From: a virus
Virus record (IMG/VR): IMGVR_UViG_3300024346_008124
Location: 1 to 64,000 of that record
Length of the DNA: 64,000 nucleotides
Reading direction: 5' to 3' (one strand)
Positions 1 to 9,834 of the stretch are shown here, one piece after another (position 1 is the first letter of the stretch; every line of letters begins with the position of its first letter). Position numbers and translations under genes: made by a program. The notes beneath the pieces are model-generated. The model made no database searches, was not told the DNA's origin, and saw nothing but the letters and a program-made list of their open reading frames with translations.

Positions 1-2
1 TT

Positions 3-182
3 AAATACCATATAATGGATCTAGGCGCAAAAAATTATTTAACCAGCATAGCAACAACCGGAGGTGAAGCAGGGGGAGGCGGAAATGTAGAGACAACCAT
101 TTCGTATCAAAACGATTTCAGTGATATAGTTTTAGTTAAGGATACTCAGGTTAGGAATTTAATAAACGAAGAATTGTTCTAG
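3..182 (+). CDS. 3' end of a gene running in from the left edge (hypothetical, possibly virion protein)
   Basis: Open frame KYHIMDLGAKNYLTSIATTGGEAGGGGNVETTISYQNDF...EELF ending in TAG at 180-182; too short for the ORF track. Confidence 0.55.
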   Translation, partial: KYHIMDLGAKNYLTSIATTGGEAGGGGNVETTISYQNDFSDIVLVKDTQVRNLINEELF

Positions 183-197
183 CTAGTAAGGTTTTAA

Positions 198-857
198 ATG
201 AAAAGAAGAACTAAAAAACAGAGTAGCTCACCCCAAAAAGTAAAAACAATAGAAGCAAAAACGGAGAATCAAAAAGAGTATATAAGGTCCATAATAGAAA
301 ATGACGTTGTTTTTTGTAGCGGCCCTTCTGGATCGGGTAAGTCTTATATAGCCGCAGGAATAGCTTCTGAACATCTCCACAAGGGGGAAATAGATCAGGT
401 ATTGATAACGAGACCCCTTGTGTGTACCGGAAAAGAACTAGGAAGTCTTCCGGGAGACTTGTTAGACAAAATAGCCCCCTATCTTTTACCTATGCAAGAA
501 AACTTCAGGAACTTCTTGGGTCGGGCGTATTACGGGATGTACTATAATGAAGGAAGAATAAAATATCAACCATTAGAAGTTATGAGGGGGTCTACTTTTC
601 ATAATACATATATGATATTAGACGAAGCTCAAAACTGTACATTTGAACAAATAAAAATGTTTATAACCCGAATGGGTCAAGGGAGTAAAGTGCTGATAAA
701 CGGAGATACTAGGCAGTGCGATCTTTCTAAAAGCGGTCTTTGGGACTGCATAGAAAAGCTTGATGGTGTTGATGGCGTCGGAATCTCTACGCTAACAAGA
801 GAAGACATTCAAAGGAATGGTATTCTTGGAAGAATATTAACAGCTATGGAAAATTAG
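198..857 (+). CDS. phoH: PhoH-family ATPase
   Basis: AKTENQ, Walker A GPSGSGKS, ITRP, LGSLPGDL, EVMRGSTF, ILDEAQN, TRMG, NGDTRQCDL, DIQR motifs. Confidence 0.95.
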   Translation: MKRRTKKQSSSPQKVKTIEAKTENQKEYIRSIIENDVVFCSGPSGSGKSYIAAGIASEHLHKGEIDQVLITRPLVCTGKELGSLPGDLLDKIAPYLLPMQENFRNFLGRAYYGMYYNEGRIKYQPLEVMRGSTFHNTYMILDEAQNCTFEQIKMFITRMGQGSKVLINGDTRQCDLSKSGLWDCIEKLDGVDGVGISTLTREDIQRNGILGRILTAMEN

Positions 858-858
858 C

Positions 859-870
859 GTGTAATATTAG
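859..870 (+). promoter_or_regulatory. candidate phage promoter motif GTGTAATATTAG
   Basis: Lies in the only sizeable gap (858-917) of the + block; resembles GTGTATCTTATA upstream of the 36068 gene; strong SD (GGAGGA) just before ATG 918. Confidence 0.3.
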
Positions 871-917
871 CTTCTACCCTCTAGAATATAGAGTCAACTT
901 ACTATACGGAGGAACGA

Positions 918-1259
918 ATGCCACTTTATGATTTTGAATGCAAGCAGTGTAAATACTACGATGAGATTAGACAAGCTCATGACGCTCCATCTATATTGGA
1001 GTGTCCTTGTTGTAGTAAAAAGACTTTAAAAAAAGTTTTTATAAATCCGCCATCAATATCCATCAGGGGTGAGCCAAATACAATTGCTCAGTTAGCAGAT
1101 AAAAACACTAGAAATATGGGACACTACGAAAAGCAGGAGAAGTCTGCAAAAGATAATAAGAAGAACAACAGCGAAGCGCAGAAGAGAAGGAATATCAACA
1201 GAAAAATTAATGGTATGACGGATAAAGAAAAAGTCAAATGGATAAAAGAAGGTGATTGA
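918..1259 (+). CDS. FmdB-family zinc-ribbon protein
   Basis: MPLYDFECKQC...ECPCC pattern typical of FmdB/Zn-ribbon_8 proteins; good SD. Confidence 0.85.
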   Translation: MPLYDFECKQCKYYDEIRQAHDAPSILECPCCSKKTLKKVFINPPSISIRGEPNTIAQLADKNTRNMGHYEKQEKSAKDNKKNNSEAQKRRNINRKINGMTDKEKVKWIKEGD

Positions 1260-1504
1260 TGAATGAATTTGAAATATCGGACAATATAACAAATCGAAGA
1301 AGCTTCCCCCATCATGCTACCATAACGATGAAAATTGACATTAGAAAAATGTATGAAGATGGTAGTCTTGACGATCAAGTTATGGGTAATCGTTTATTGT
1401 CAAAATATGAAATTTCTAACAAGGCGCAGATTTGTATTTCTGGAACATCAGAAGCAGAATGCATAAGAAAATTAAAAAACAAATTGGAGAAATTAAATGA
1501 CTAG
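1256..1504 (+). CDS. hypothetical protein
   Basis: ORF overlapping both neighbours in an operon-like array. Confidence 0.65.
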   Translation: MMNEFEISDNITNRRSFPHHATITMKIDIRKMYEDGSLDDQVMGNRLLSKYEISNKAQICISGTSEAECIRKLKNKLEKLND

Positions 1505-1832
1505 AGGTGAAAAAGAAGATGTTTCTGATCTTAATTTACCGGAACCTCAAGAGGCCCAGAAATCATACTTTGGAAAACACGCAGATGTATCTTTGGATAC
1601 AAAAGAAGCTTTTGCATACGTCAGTACAGTTGACAATTCAAGTTCTCACTATATACTTTATGACAGGGCTGAAATAATTGATCCCTATAACGATAGATTT
1701 ACAAGATCGTCTTCTAAAACTAGGAGGTTTAAAAAGGTCTCAGAAACGTGTTTTAATTTTTATATGAAGTATTTAAAAACTAGAAATACTTTACATTTCA
1801 CAAGAGCTAGAAGATTAGTAATGGAGAAGTAA
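1497..1832 (+). CDS. hypothetical phage protein
   Basis: ORF with SD (GGAG), coupled to neighbours; C-terminal FKKVSETCFNFYMKYLKT. Confidence 0.75.
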   Translation: MTRGEKEDVSDLNLPEPQEAQKSYFGKHADVSLDTKEAFAYVSTVDNSSSHYILYDRAEIIDPYNDRFTRSSSKTRRFKKVSETCFNFYMKYLKTRNTLHFTRARRLVMEK

Positions 1833-1833
1833 A

Positions 1834-2187
1834 ATGAAGAAGGGTAGACTTTCAAAAAAAGAAAAAGAATATATTTCTAAAAACCACGACAGCATGAACA
1901 CTGCAAATATGGCAGATAAAATGGATAGGTCTGTTCACATGGTGGATAAATATGTTGAAAAACTAAGCCTTGAACCAGTAGTAAAAGACAAAATAGACAA
2001 GTCTGAAAAACCGGTAACAGAAATTATTTCCCCCGCGATAGATTCATCATCTCTTTACGTGAGAGATAGTAATAAGACCGCAACAATAATGACAGAAGCC
2101 GCTTCAGCCGCAGGAGACGAGAGTAGAAAAAAACCCTCTACTCCACAAAGGTATAAGTCGGTTATTCATAAAATAAAGGAAGGATAA
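1834..2187 (+). CDS. hypothetical protein, possible N-terminal HTH
   Basis: LSKKEKEYI...ANMADKMDRSVHMV resembles a small helix-turn-helix. Confidence 0.65.
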   Translation: MKKGRLSKKEKEYISKNHDSMNTANMADKMDRSVHMVDKYVEKLSLEPVVKDKIDKSEKPVTEIISPAIDSSSLYVRDSNKTATIMTEAASAAGDESRKKPSTPQRYKSVIHKIKEG

Positions 2188-2188
2188 A

Positions 2189-2704
2189 ATGATTTGTACA
2201 CATAGGGACGGATATATGAGATCATTAACAATGGAACAGTTGATGATTAGTTGGATTACTACGCTATCTAGTGGCGATAGAGTTTATGGAGATTACGAAA
2301 GACCAGAAATGCAAAATCCGTGGAGCAGGCTAACTGATCACTGCGCAGATAACAATGTGTTTCCTGTAAAAATAGAGCTTCATATGTTTGGCGCTCCTGC
2401 AAAGGTTTTCTTTGAAAATGAACAAGGGTTAGATGGTGTGTCTGTAATGCGAGGAATAGCAAAGGATCAAGCTATGGATGGTAGTCATTCTACGTCATTT
2501 CAGACATTAACTGTTTGTCTGTTAAAAGACGACTGCTCAGGTGTGGATGTCGCGAAATATAGCTGGCCCTACAATGAATTTGAAAAGTATAGATCTGTTA
2601 GGTCTGTAACAGAAGATAATATTAAGTATATGATATTTAAAAATGAATCAGAAAAAATCAAACATCCAGAAGTACAGAAGCATATCAACAAGGCAGCCCT
2701 GTAA
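2189..2704 (+). CDS. hypothetical protein
   Basis: 171-aa ORF with SD AAGGAAGG, 1 nt after the upstream stop. Confidence 0.75.
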   Translation: MICTHRDGYMRSLTMEQLMISWITTLSSGDRVYGDYERPEMQNPWSRLTDHCADNNVFPVKIELHMFGAPAKVFFENEQGLDGVSVMRGIAKDQAMDGSHSTSFQTLTVCLLKDDCSGVDVAKYSWPYNEFEKYRSVRSVTEDNIKYMIFKNESEKIKHPEVQKHINKAAL

Positions 2705-3128
2705 CGCAGCGCAATACTGTGCTGAATTAGTCTGCATCAGAAAAAGAGAGCGAGACAACAAGGGGAGTCTTGAGTTTAAGTTTTGGAATAAGTCACAAAA
2801 AGAAGAATATGAAACCCAAATCAGGTTAGCGTCTAAACTAATTAAAAAATACGGAGACAAATCTCTAGTATCTTATTTAAATGGCCCAAGTGGTAGAAAC
2901 GTTTACTCCTTGGGCTTTTTGCACAGTTCTAAAAAGTTTGTTTTAATCACTAAGTTTGTAGAAGCGGGCGTTGCAAAACGATCCGAAGAGGTTAAAATAG
3001 AAGCAGAGAAACCAAAAAAAGTTATAGAAATATCAGAAGATGTAGAGTACAAGCCAAGAACAAAGAAGAAAAAGAAAACATTAATGTCAAAACTTAGGGA
3101 TACCGATGGCAAAAAAGAAAACTCCTGA
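2643..3128 (+). CDS. hypothetical basic protein
   Basis: 161-aa ORF filling the gap before recA. Confidence 0.7.
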   Translation: MNQKKSNIQKYRSISTRQPCNAAQYCAELVCIRKRERDNKGSLEFKFWNKSQKEEYETQIRLASKLIKKYGDKSLVSYLNGPSGRNVYSLGFLHSSKKFVLITKFVEAGVAKRSEEVKIEAEKPKKVIEISEDVEYKPRTKKKKKTLMSKLRDTDGKKENS

Positions 3129-4188
3129 ATATTTGAAAAGTCAAATAAAAGAATACGGAAACATAATCAAAACAGGCACAGAGGTGCTTAAAGAAAAGAG
3201 CGACTACAAAGTAATTTCTATCAGTCCCGCTATTGATATAGCGCTAGGCGGTGGGGTTAGAGAGGGCTGTTGGGTTACTCTTACAGGCGATCCTAAAAGT
3301 GGTAAAACAACAACCGCTATGCAGATCGCTACCAACTGTCAAAAGGAGGGTAGACCAGTCATCTATCTAGATGCGGAAGGTCGTCTTAAAGATATGAATT
3401 TTCAGGTAAACGATTTCGACCCTGAGAAAATAGAGGTTATTGCACCAGAAGATAAACCTTTACCGGCAGAAGAGTTCTTAGAAATGGCCTACAAAATGAT
3501 GAGCCATCCAGACTATCAGGGAGCGATTCTGATAATTGATTCTATATCTTCTTTGATTCCCGCTAAAGAATTAGATGGAGACTTTAGTCCGGGGCGGGCG
3601 GGGCTACCAAAGATTTTGTCCATCTTTACAAAAAAGATTGGACAACTTCTACCAAGGCAACGAGGACTTGTTATTGCCATAACTCACTATATCGCAAACA
3701 CAGGGGGGTTTGGTAAGGCAAAACTTTCTGATGGCGGTAACAAAATTCAATATCAAGCAGATACTAGAATGGAAATTGCGGGTGGTGGTGAAAAAATCTC
3801 CGCAGTAAAACCTTGGGAAGATGCTAGCAAGAATAGAATTGGTCAAGTAGTAAACTGGAAAATTATTTGTTCTTCGATGGGACCGCCGGGAGGACAGGTG
3901 CAAAGCTATATTAGATATGGTCATGGTATCGACTCAACCCAAGAGGTTCTTCAGTTGTCGCTAGACTTGGGTTTTATTGACAGGTCTGGAGCTTGGTTCT
4001 CTTGCCCATTCTTAGAAACAAATAAAGAACTTGCTAAAGAGGTTGATCCAGATGTTGATGTAGAAGATGCTGAAAAACTTACTAAAGCTTTTAAGTTTCA
4101 GGGTCAAGACAAGGTTTATAGCTTTTTAAACAGAAACCCTAAACTAGTAAAGTCTCTAGAGTCGATGATAAAAGAGGTCTTGGCTTGA
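3106..4188 (+). CDS. recA: RecA/UvsX-like recombinase
   Basis: IDIALGGG, Walker A GDPKSGKTT, YLDAE (catalytic Glu), Walker B LIIDS, GGNKIQY, C-terminal GAWF. Confidence 0.92.
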   Translation: MAKKKTPEYLKSQIKEYGNIIKTGTEVLKEKSDYKVISISPAIDIALGGGVREGCWVTLTGDPKSGKTTTAMQIATNCQKEGRPVIYLDAEGRLKDMNFQVNDFDPEKIEVIAPEDKPLPAEEFLEMAYKMMSHPDYQGAILIIDSISSLIPAKELDGDFSPGRAGLPKILSIFTKKIGQLLPRQRGLVIAITHYIANTGGFGKAKLSDGGNKIQYQADTRMEIAGGGEKISAVKPWEDASKNRIGQVVNWKIICSSMGPPGGQVQSYIRYGHGIDSTQEVLQLSLDLGFIDRSGAWFSCPFLETNKELAKEVDPDVDVEDAEKLTKAFKFQGQDKVYSFLNRNPKLVKSLESMIKEVLA

Positions 4189-4580
4189 AAGTAATAGGCT
4201 TAGACAGCCGAGAGTACAAATGGAACCCTAAGTCTGGAGGTGGAAAGAGATCTAAACTCCACCAAAAGGCGAAGGGTCTGCTTGACTCTTGCTATCCGTA
4301 TGATAGAATACTAGAAGAGGTTAGTCTTCCGGGGACAAAAACCATAAGAAATAAAAACCTACGTGCTGACTTCTATATACCTAATAGAAATTTGGTTGTA
4401 GAAGTTCACGGCGAGCAGCACTTTCGTTTTAATGCTTTTCATTTTAAAGACAAGTTGTCATTTTTTAAATCGCAGGCAAGGGACAGAAATAAAGCAGACT
4501 GGTGTAAATTAAATGAAATACGGTTAGTTCAGTTAAACTACAACGAGGACATAGATGAGTGGCGAAACAAGATTGAATGA
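4185..4580 (+). CDS. PD-(D/E)xK endonuclease (Vsr/DUF559-like)
   Basis: EEVSLP...ADFYIP...VVEVHGEQH...RDRNKADWC. Confidence 0.8.
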   Translation: MKVIGLDSREYKWNPKSGGGKRSKLHQKAKGLLDSCYPYDRILEEVSLPGTKTIRNKNLRADFYIPNRNLVVEVHGEQHFRFNAFHFKDKLSFFKSQARDRNKADWCKLNEIRLVQLNYNEDIDEWRNKIE

Positions 4581-5016
4581 GTTTCTACAAGCGATTGAAG
4601 ATTGGAAAAGCTCTAAGTATTTAGCTACAGTAGACCCTCCAGAAGAAGCTTCTATCGCCCTAAACGCTAGTTCTGAGACGATGAAATCTTGGAGCGCAGA
4701 AGTATGTAACATATATTCTTTTAAGCTTTATGCTTACGCAGAGTATGTTGAAACAGAAAAGACTAGAGAAAAAAACACTTTAGAGTGGGCAGAGTCTTCT
4801 ATTTGGTTTATAATAGGTAGCGTAATGAATCAATACGGGGGTCAATATTCAAAATGGCAAGAAAAGTATTACTCTGCAATAAAAGAAAACCCTCTTGCAT
4901 CCGAGATACTAAAGATTAAAAACCATGCAGAGGCTAGAGTTAGAACACTAGAGGGTAAAAACAGTAGAGTTATTAAGATGGCAGAAATATTAGCAAATAT
5001 GGCTAGGAGAAAATAA
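4555..5016 (+). CDS. helical protein, possible UvsY-like recombination mediator
   Basis: 153 aa, all-helical/coiled-coil pattern, two genes downstream of recA; function inferred from size and context only. Confidence 0.45.
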   Translation: MSGETRLNEFLQAIEDWKSSKYLATVDPPEEASIALNASSETMKSWSAEVCNIYSFKLYAYAEYVETEKTREKNTLEWAESSIWFIIGSVMNQYGGQYSKWQEKYYSAIKENPLASEILKIKNHAEARVRTLEGKNSRVIKMAEILANMARRK

Positions 5017-5465
5017 TGAGCGAAGATATTATAAAAACGCTGGTAAGTATAATGACCCCAGAGCAAAAGGCTGAATTAATTAGCAAGCTCCAAGATCCAG
5101 ATTTACCTCTCGATAACACGGCGTATCAGCAAAAGGGAAAGCAGGTTATTTTAAAAGAACAGTCCAAGCCACCTAAAAGTACGGCAGTGGATGTGGATGA
5201 TTTTACAATGACAAACGATAAGGAAGGTCCAAACTCTACACAGGTGGAAGTTAAGAAAAGGGTTAACTTATTTAGCGATGATGGAACGGAGCATAAAGAC
5301 TCTTTAAACAAAACCCCAGAAGTAACCCCCACAGAAAGAAAAAGACAACCAGTAAAAAAAATACCACAAACATGTTCAGGATGCTCTTCCGTGGTGCAGG
5401 TTCACCCTACTCATAAAAGAGAAAACTTCATCTGTGACAAATGCTTGGGGTCAAGGTCTAGATGA
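5016..5465 (+). CDS. hypothetical protein with C-terminal zinc finger
   Basis: CSGC...CDKC at the C-terminus; overlaps the dnaB start. Confidence 0.7.
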   Translation: MSEDIIKTLVSIMTPEQKAELISKLQDPDLPLDNTAYQQKGKQVILKEQSKPPKSTAVDVDDFTMTNDKEGPNSTQVEVKKRVNLFSDDGTEHKDSLNKTPEVTPTERKRQPVKKIPQTCSGCSSVVQVHPTHKRENFICDKCLGSRSR

Positions 5466-6925
5466 CAAAGAAAAAGTTAGAAGATCTAGCGTCGGAAAGA
5501 GCCGTACTTGCGGCTCTTTGTCAATATGGATTAGATTGCTATCTAGAAATAGACTTTGTAGACGCTGATCATTTTACAAGTGACATGAATCAGCTTTTAT
5601 ATCACTGTATATATAAGTCTGTTTCAGAAAACTCTAAGGTAGAATTGGCATCTATACTTTCTGCCGCAAACAGTCTTGGGGTAAGTGAATCTATAAACAA
5701 CAAAGAAGAGATGTCGTTTATAAGGTCTTTGTTTAATTTTCCTATACATAAAGAAAATGCAAAGTCTCACGCTGTAAAGATAGCAAAACTTAAATTAGCA
5801 AGAGATTTAAAGAAAACACTCAAGGCTTGCGAAAAAGAGCTAGACGCTACTAATGGCGATGAAGATATAATGGATCTTATATCCAAAGTAGAAGCGCCTA
5901 TATTAGACGCTACTGCCGATATATATCAATCATCTAATAAGAAGACTGAAATTATTGGTGAAGATATTGATGATTATATTGAATACCTTTCTGAAAACGT
6001 ATCTGAAAACGTAGGAATACCAACAGGGTTTCCTAGGTATGATGCAGCGATTGGCGGTGGATTAAGAAGAAAGTGTGTTGATCTCGTCGCCGCACGTCCC
6101 AAGGTGGGTAAGTCCATGTTTGGAGACGCTGTAGCGATGAATGTTTCTAGGCTGGGCATTCCTGTGTTGATGCTAGATACAGAGATGAGCAAGGAAGACC
6201 ATCTTAACAGAATGCTTGCAAATCTTAGTGGTGTAGATATTAATAAGATTTCTACTGGTAAGTTTACAGAAAACCCGCTAGAAAAAGAAAAGGTTGAAAA
6301 AGCCGCGCAAGAACTCAAAGAAATACCGTATCACTATATAAGTATAGCTGGTCAGTCTTTTGAAAACATATTAGCGTTGATGAGGAAGTGGATTTATCAG
6401 CACGTTGGCTTTGACGAGTCGGGTGTTACTAATGACTGTCTTGTAGTTTATGATTATCTAAAGCTGATGGGGTCTGAAGGTATCAGTAGCTCAATGCAGG
6501 AATACCAAGTGCTTGGTTTTCAAATAACCCAGCTACATAACTTTATGGTTAAGTATGATGTACCCTGTTTGAGTTTTGTGCAGTTAAATAGAGATGGTAT
6601 AACCAAGGAGTCTACCGATGTGGTATCAGGCTCAGACAGGCTTATATGGCTTTGTACGAGTTTTTCTATATTTAAGATGAAGTCAGAAGAAGAGGTCGCG
6701 GAAGACAAGATAGAAAACGGAAACAGGAAACTGGTTCCGGTTGTGGCTAGACATGGCTGCGGTCTTGACGACGGTGACTATATTAGTATGAATATGTTTG
6801 GAAGTATTGGTAAATTAGCAGAAGGTCAAACCAGAAATGAGCTTCATAATAATGCAAGAGCAAGAGAAGAAGGTTTTGAAATAAATGAAGAAATTGACAC
6901 AGAATCAGATATTGACAGTGTGTGA
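5462..6925 (+). CDS. dnaB: replicative DNA helicase
   Basis: N-terminal SERAVL, GIPTGF, Walker A AARPKVGKS, DTEMS, VYDYL, VQLNR, ARHG arginine finger. Confidence 0.93.
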   Translation: MTKKKLEDLASERAVLAALCQYGLDCYLEIDFVDADHFTSDMNQLLYHCIYKSVSENSKVELASILSAANSLGVSESINNKEEMSFIRSLFNFPIHKENAKSHAVKIAKLKLARDLKKTLKACEKELDATNGDEDIMDLISKVEAPILDATADIYQSSNKKTEIIGEDIDDYIEYLSENVSENVGIPTGFPRYDAAIGGGLRRKCVDLVAARPKVGKSMFGDAVAMNVSRLGIPVLMLDTEMSKEDHLNRMLANLSGVDINKISTGKFTENPLEKEKVEKAAQELKEIPYHYISIAGQSFENILALMRKWIYQHVGFDESGVTNDCLVVYDYLKLMGSEGISSSMQEYQVLGFQITQLHNFMVKYDVPCLSFVQLNRDGITKESTDVVSGSDRLIWLCTSFSIFKMKSEEEVAEDKIENGNRKLVPVVARHGCGLDDGDYISMNMFGSIGKLAEGQTRNELHNNARAREEGFEINEEIDTESDIDSV

Positions 6926-7928
6926 TAAGCTGGCAGAGCATATTCCTGAGATTCTAGAACATTTTGATATTGAAGGATTAGAGTACCCAAATAGGTATTC
7001 GTTTCCATGTCCTATTCACGGCGGGGATAGTCCAGAGGGCTGTAGCGTATTTACAGACGGAGACTCTGCCGTTGGTAACTGGCGATGTTGGACAAATCAA
7101 TGCGAACAAGACTACCAAAGTAATATATTTGGATTTATAAGAGGAGTACTATCAAATAAAGATGGTAAAGACGTTTCCTTAAATGCAACGTATAACTTTT
7201 GTCTAGAGTTTCTTAAACTTGATGATTCGCAACTAGAAACCAAAGACCGTCAACCAAACAAAGAAGTTAAATTACTAGAAATATTTGAAAGAAAGATTGA
7301 AAGAAAACCCACTACAATATCTAGGGAACAGATACAGTCTACTATAAATATACCGGCAGAATACTATGTCAATAGAGGGTATAGAGAAGAAACCTTAAAA
7401 ACTTTTGATATAGGCACATGTTTTGCAGAAAATAAGCCAATGTCTGGAAGAGTTGTTGTTCCTATTTACGATGAAGACTATAACTATGTAGGGTGTGTTG
7501 GGAGGTCTATTAACGACGAACTAAAGCCTAAGTGGTTACACAGTAAAGGGTTTAAGAAAAACGTTCTTTATGGATTCAACATTGCTCAGAAATTCATGGG
7601 AAGCAAAGGCGTTCTTTTTATACTAGAAGGACAGGGCGATGTTTTAAGAATGTATGAAGCAGGATTTAAAAATTCAGTTGGTATTTTTGGTTCTAGTATA
7701 AGTGATGACCAGCTATTAACATTAGAAAAAAGCGGCGCTTTAAACTTGGTGATACTCACAGACTATGACGAAGCTGGAAAAAAAGCCGCGAGCCAAATTG
7801 TCAAAAAATGCGGAAGAAGATTTAATTACTACAGACCGCAAATTTCTAAAAAGGACATTGGTGAAATGACCACAGAACAAATTCATGAAGAACTTAACCC
7901 TCAATTGGAGAAGGATAACTTAATATGA
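6885..7928 (+). CDS. dnaG: DNA primase (Zn finger + TOPRIM)
   Basis: CPIH...C..C zinc domain, GRVVVPI, VGR, PKW, EGQGD and DYDEAG TOPRIM motifs. Confidence 0.92.
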   Translation: MKKLTQNQILTVCDKLAEHIPEILEHFDIEGLEYPNRYSFPCPIHGGDSPEGCSVFTDGDSAVGNWRCWTNQCEQDYQSNIFGFIRGVLSNKDGKDVSLNATYNFCLEFLKLDDSQLETKDRQPNKEVKLLEIFERKIERKPTTISREQIQSTINIPAEYYVNRGYREETLKTFDIGTCFAENKPMSGRVVVPIYDEDYNYVGCVGRSINDELKPKWLHSKGFKKNVLYGFNIAQKFMGSKGVLFILEGQGDVLRMYEAGFKNSVGIFGSSISDDQLLTLEKSGALNLVILTDYDEAGKKAASQIVKKCGRRFNYYRPQISKKDIGEMTTEQIHEELNPQLEKDNLI

Positions 7929-8815
7929 CCACTAGAATTTTAGCGTTTGCTGGCAATAAGCAGTCTGGTAAAACGACATGCAGTAATTTTATACACGGTT
8001 ATCAACTTAGATCTAATAATATAGTTAACGCATTTAATGTAACAGATAAAGGTGATCTTGTTGTTGATACAGAATTTATCGACTCTAAAGGAGAAAAGGA
8101 ACAGGGACACGCTTTACTAGACGTAAAAAGAATAGATCTGGAGTTTGCTGAATGGGCAGTGTATAATATGTGGCCCTATGTAAAAAGCTATTCTTTTGCA
8201 GACCCCCTTAAAAATATCGCAACAGAGTTATTCGATATTAAGGAAGAGAATATTAAGGGTACTGACATACAGAAGAATGCTAAAATACCTATCCTTTGGG
8301 AGTCCATGCCCGGAATCATAAGCTGTCCTAAGTTGGCTAAAAATCCTCAGATAAAAAAACTTATTGATGATGGAACCTTTATGTATCACAAAAAGGGGAA
8401 AATGACAGGCCGGGAATTCTTGCAGTTTTTTGGATCAGAAGTATGTAGAAAGATTTACGAAGAAATTTGGGTTTCTAGGCTGGTCAAAGATGTAGAGTCG
8501 GAGGGTTCGCTACTGGCGGTAGTTGATGATTGCCGGTATCCAAATGAAGCGGAGGCCATTCAGAATGCTGGCGGTAAAGTTATTAAATTAACAAGATCAA
8601 ACCATGAAGATTCTCATAAAAGCGAAAACGCATTTGATAAAGATTATGAATTCGATGCTGTTATTGATAATCAAAACATGTCTATACAAGAAGCTCACGT
8701 AGAACTTGTAAAGACTATTGAAGATTGGGGATGGTTAGGATCTCCGATACCAGAGATTCCAGAATCAGAACCCGTTCTTGTGGGCGGCATCCACCAATTT
8801 AGAGAGTCAGAATGA
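7925..8815 (+). CDS. deoxynucleoside monophosphate kinase
   Basis: FAGNKQSGKT P-loop, SFADPLK, REFLQFFG, DCRYPNE, HKSE: T4 gp1-type dNMP kinase motifs. Confidence 0.88.
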   Translation: MTTRILAFAGNKQSGKTTCSNFIHGYQLRSNNIVNAFNVTDKGDLVVDTEFIDSKGEKEQGHALLDVKRIDLEFAEWAVYNMWPYVKSYSFADPLKNIATELFDIKEENIKGTDIQKNAKIPILWESMPGIISCPKLAKNPQIKKLIDDGTFMYHKKGKMTGREFLQFFGSEVCRKIYEEIWVSRLVKDVESEGSLLAVVDDCRYPNEAEAIQNAGGKVIKLTRSNHEDSHKSENAFDKDYEFDAVIDNQNMSIQEAHVELVKTIEDWGWLGSPIPEIPESEPVLVGGIHQFRESE

Positions 8816-9834
8816 TAGTAACATATATAAGATCTTCCAGCTATGGAAATTACGATTTCTGTCAAATGCAGTATTTTATGACTTATGTATTAGGATACAG
8901 GTCGGAGTCGGGGAAAAAAGCGCAACTTGGTACGGCATGTCATAAGGTGATGGAATGTTTAGCGTCATGCACAAAAGAGCTACAGGACAACGCAGACAAA
9001 AAAGAGTTGTTAATTATAGACGATGCTATTGGTGAAGTTGAATTCACACCAAGAAAACTAAAGACTAAGAAGTTTGTCGCAGATCTTTTGAGTCGCAGTT
9101 ATGACCACTACGGGTCTACAGATAGCCATAAGTATTACCCTGCTGATTTTAAGTTTTGCGAAAAGCAAATTGATACAGCACTAACCTTTAACGATGGTCA
9201 ATTTGATCCAAGGAAAAGAGATATAGTTGACACAGAGCCAACTTTTGATATTGCTATAGAAGAAGACTGGGCTAAATATAAATATGAAATGCCGGACGGA
9301 ACAACCGTAGAAGGTAATCTAGCGATCAAAGGAACGATTGACTTAGTTACAAAAATAGACGATAATATAATTGAAGTCGTAGATTGGAAAACGGGACAAA
9401 GAAAGAATTGGGCAACAGGAGAAGTTAAAACTTATGAAAAACTTCTTGACGATGCACAGTTGTTGCTGTATAATTATGCTATATCAAAACTTTACCCGGA
9501 TTATGATCAAGCCATCATGTCTATCTTCTTCACTAGAGACGGTGGTCCTTTTAGTATGTGTTTTGATAAGAGGGATCAAGATAGATTTTTAGAAATGTTA
9601 AGAAAAAGATTTGAAGAGATTAAAGAGAACGTCAAACCAAGGCCGATTAGTTACAGTAGGAGGGATTTTAGATGTCAAAAACTTTGTCACTTCTACAAGA
9701 ACGATTGGCCGGGAACTAATACCACCATGTGCGAGCATGTGGAACAAAGGCTGCATACTATAGGCCACAAAGAAACAGTAAAAGAGTGTACTAATGAAGG
9801 TTTTAACATAGGATATTACGAGGCTCCGGGATAA
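8812..9834 (+). CDS. Cas4/RecB-like PD-(D/E)xK exonuclease
   Basis: N-terminal CQMQY and GTACH, GTIDL, DWKTG, QLLLY, C-terminal CQKLC...C cluster. Confidence 0.85.
   Translation: MIVTYIRSSSYGNYDFCQMQYFMTYVLGYRSESGKKAQLGTACHKVMECLASCTKELQDNADKKELLIIDDAIGEVEFTPRKLKTKKFVADLLSRSYDHYGSTDSHKYYPADFKFCEKQIDTALTFNDGQFDPRKRDIVDTEPTFDIAIEEDWAKYKYEMPDGTTVEGNLAIKGTIDLVTKIDDNIIEVVDWKTGQRKNWATGEVKTYEKLLDDAQLLLYNYAISKLYPDYDQAIMSIFFTRDGGPFSMCFDKRDQDRFLEMLRKRFEEIKENVKPRPISYSRRDFRCQKLCHFYKNDWPGTNTTMCEHVEQRLHTIGHKETVKECTNEGFNIGYYEAPG

Noticed and set aside
8812-9834. CRISPR-Cas locus suggested by the Cas4-like nuclease
   Set aside because: No repeat-spacer array or other cas genes; stand-alone Cas4-like nucleases are common in phage replication modules
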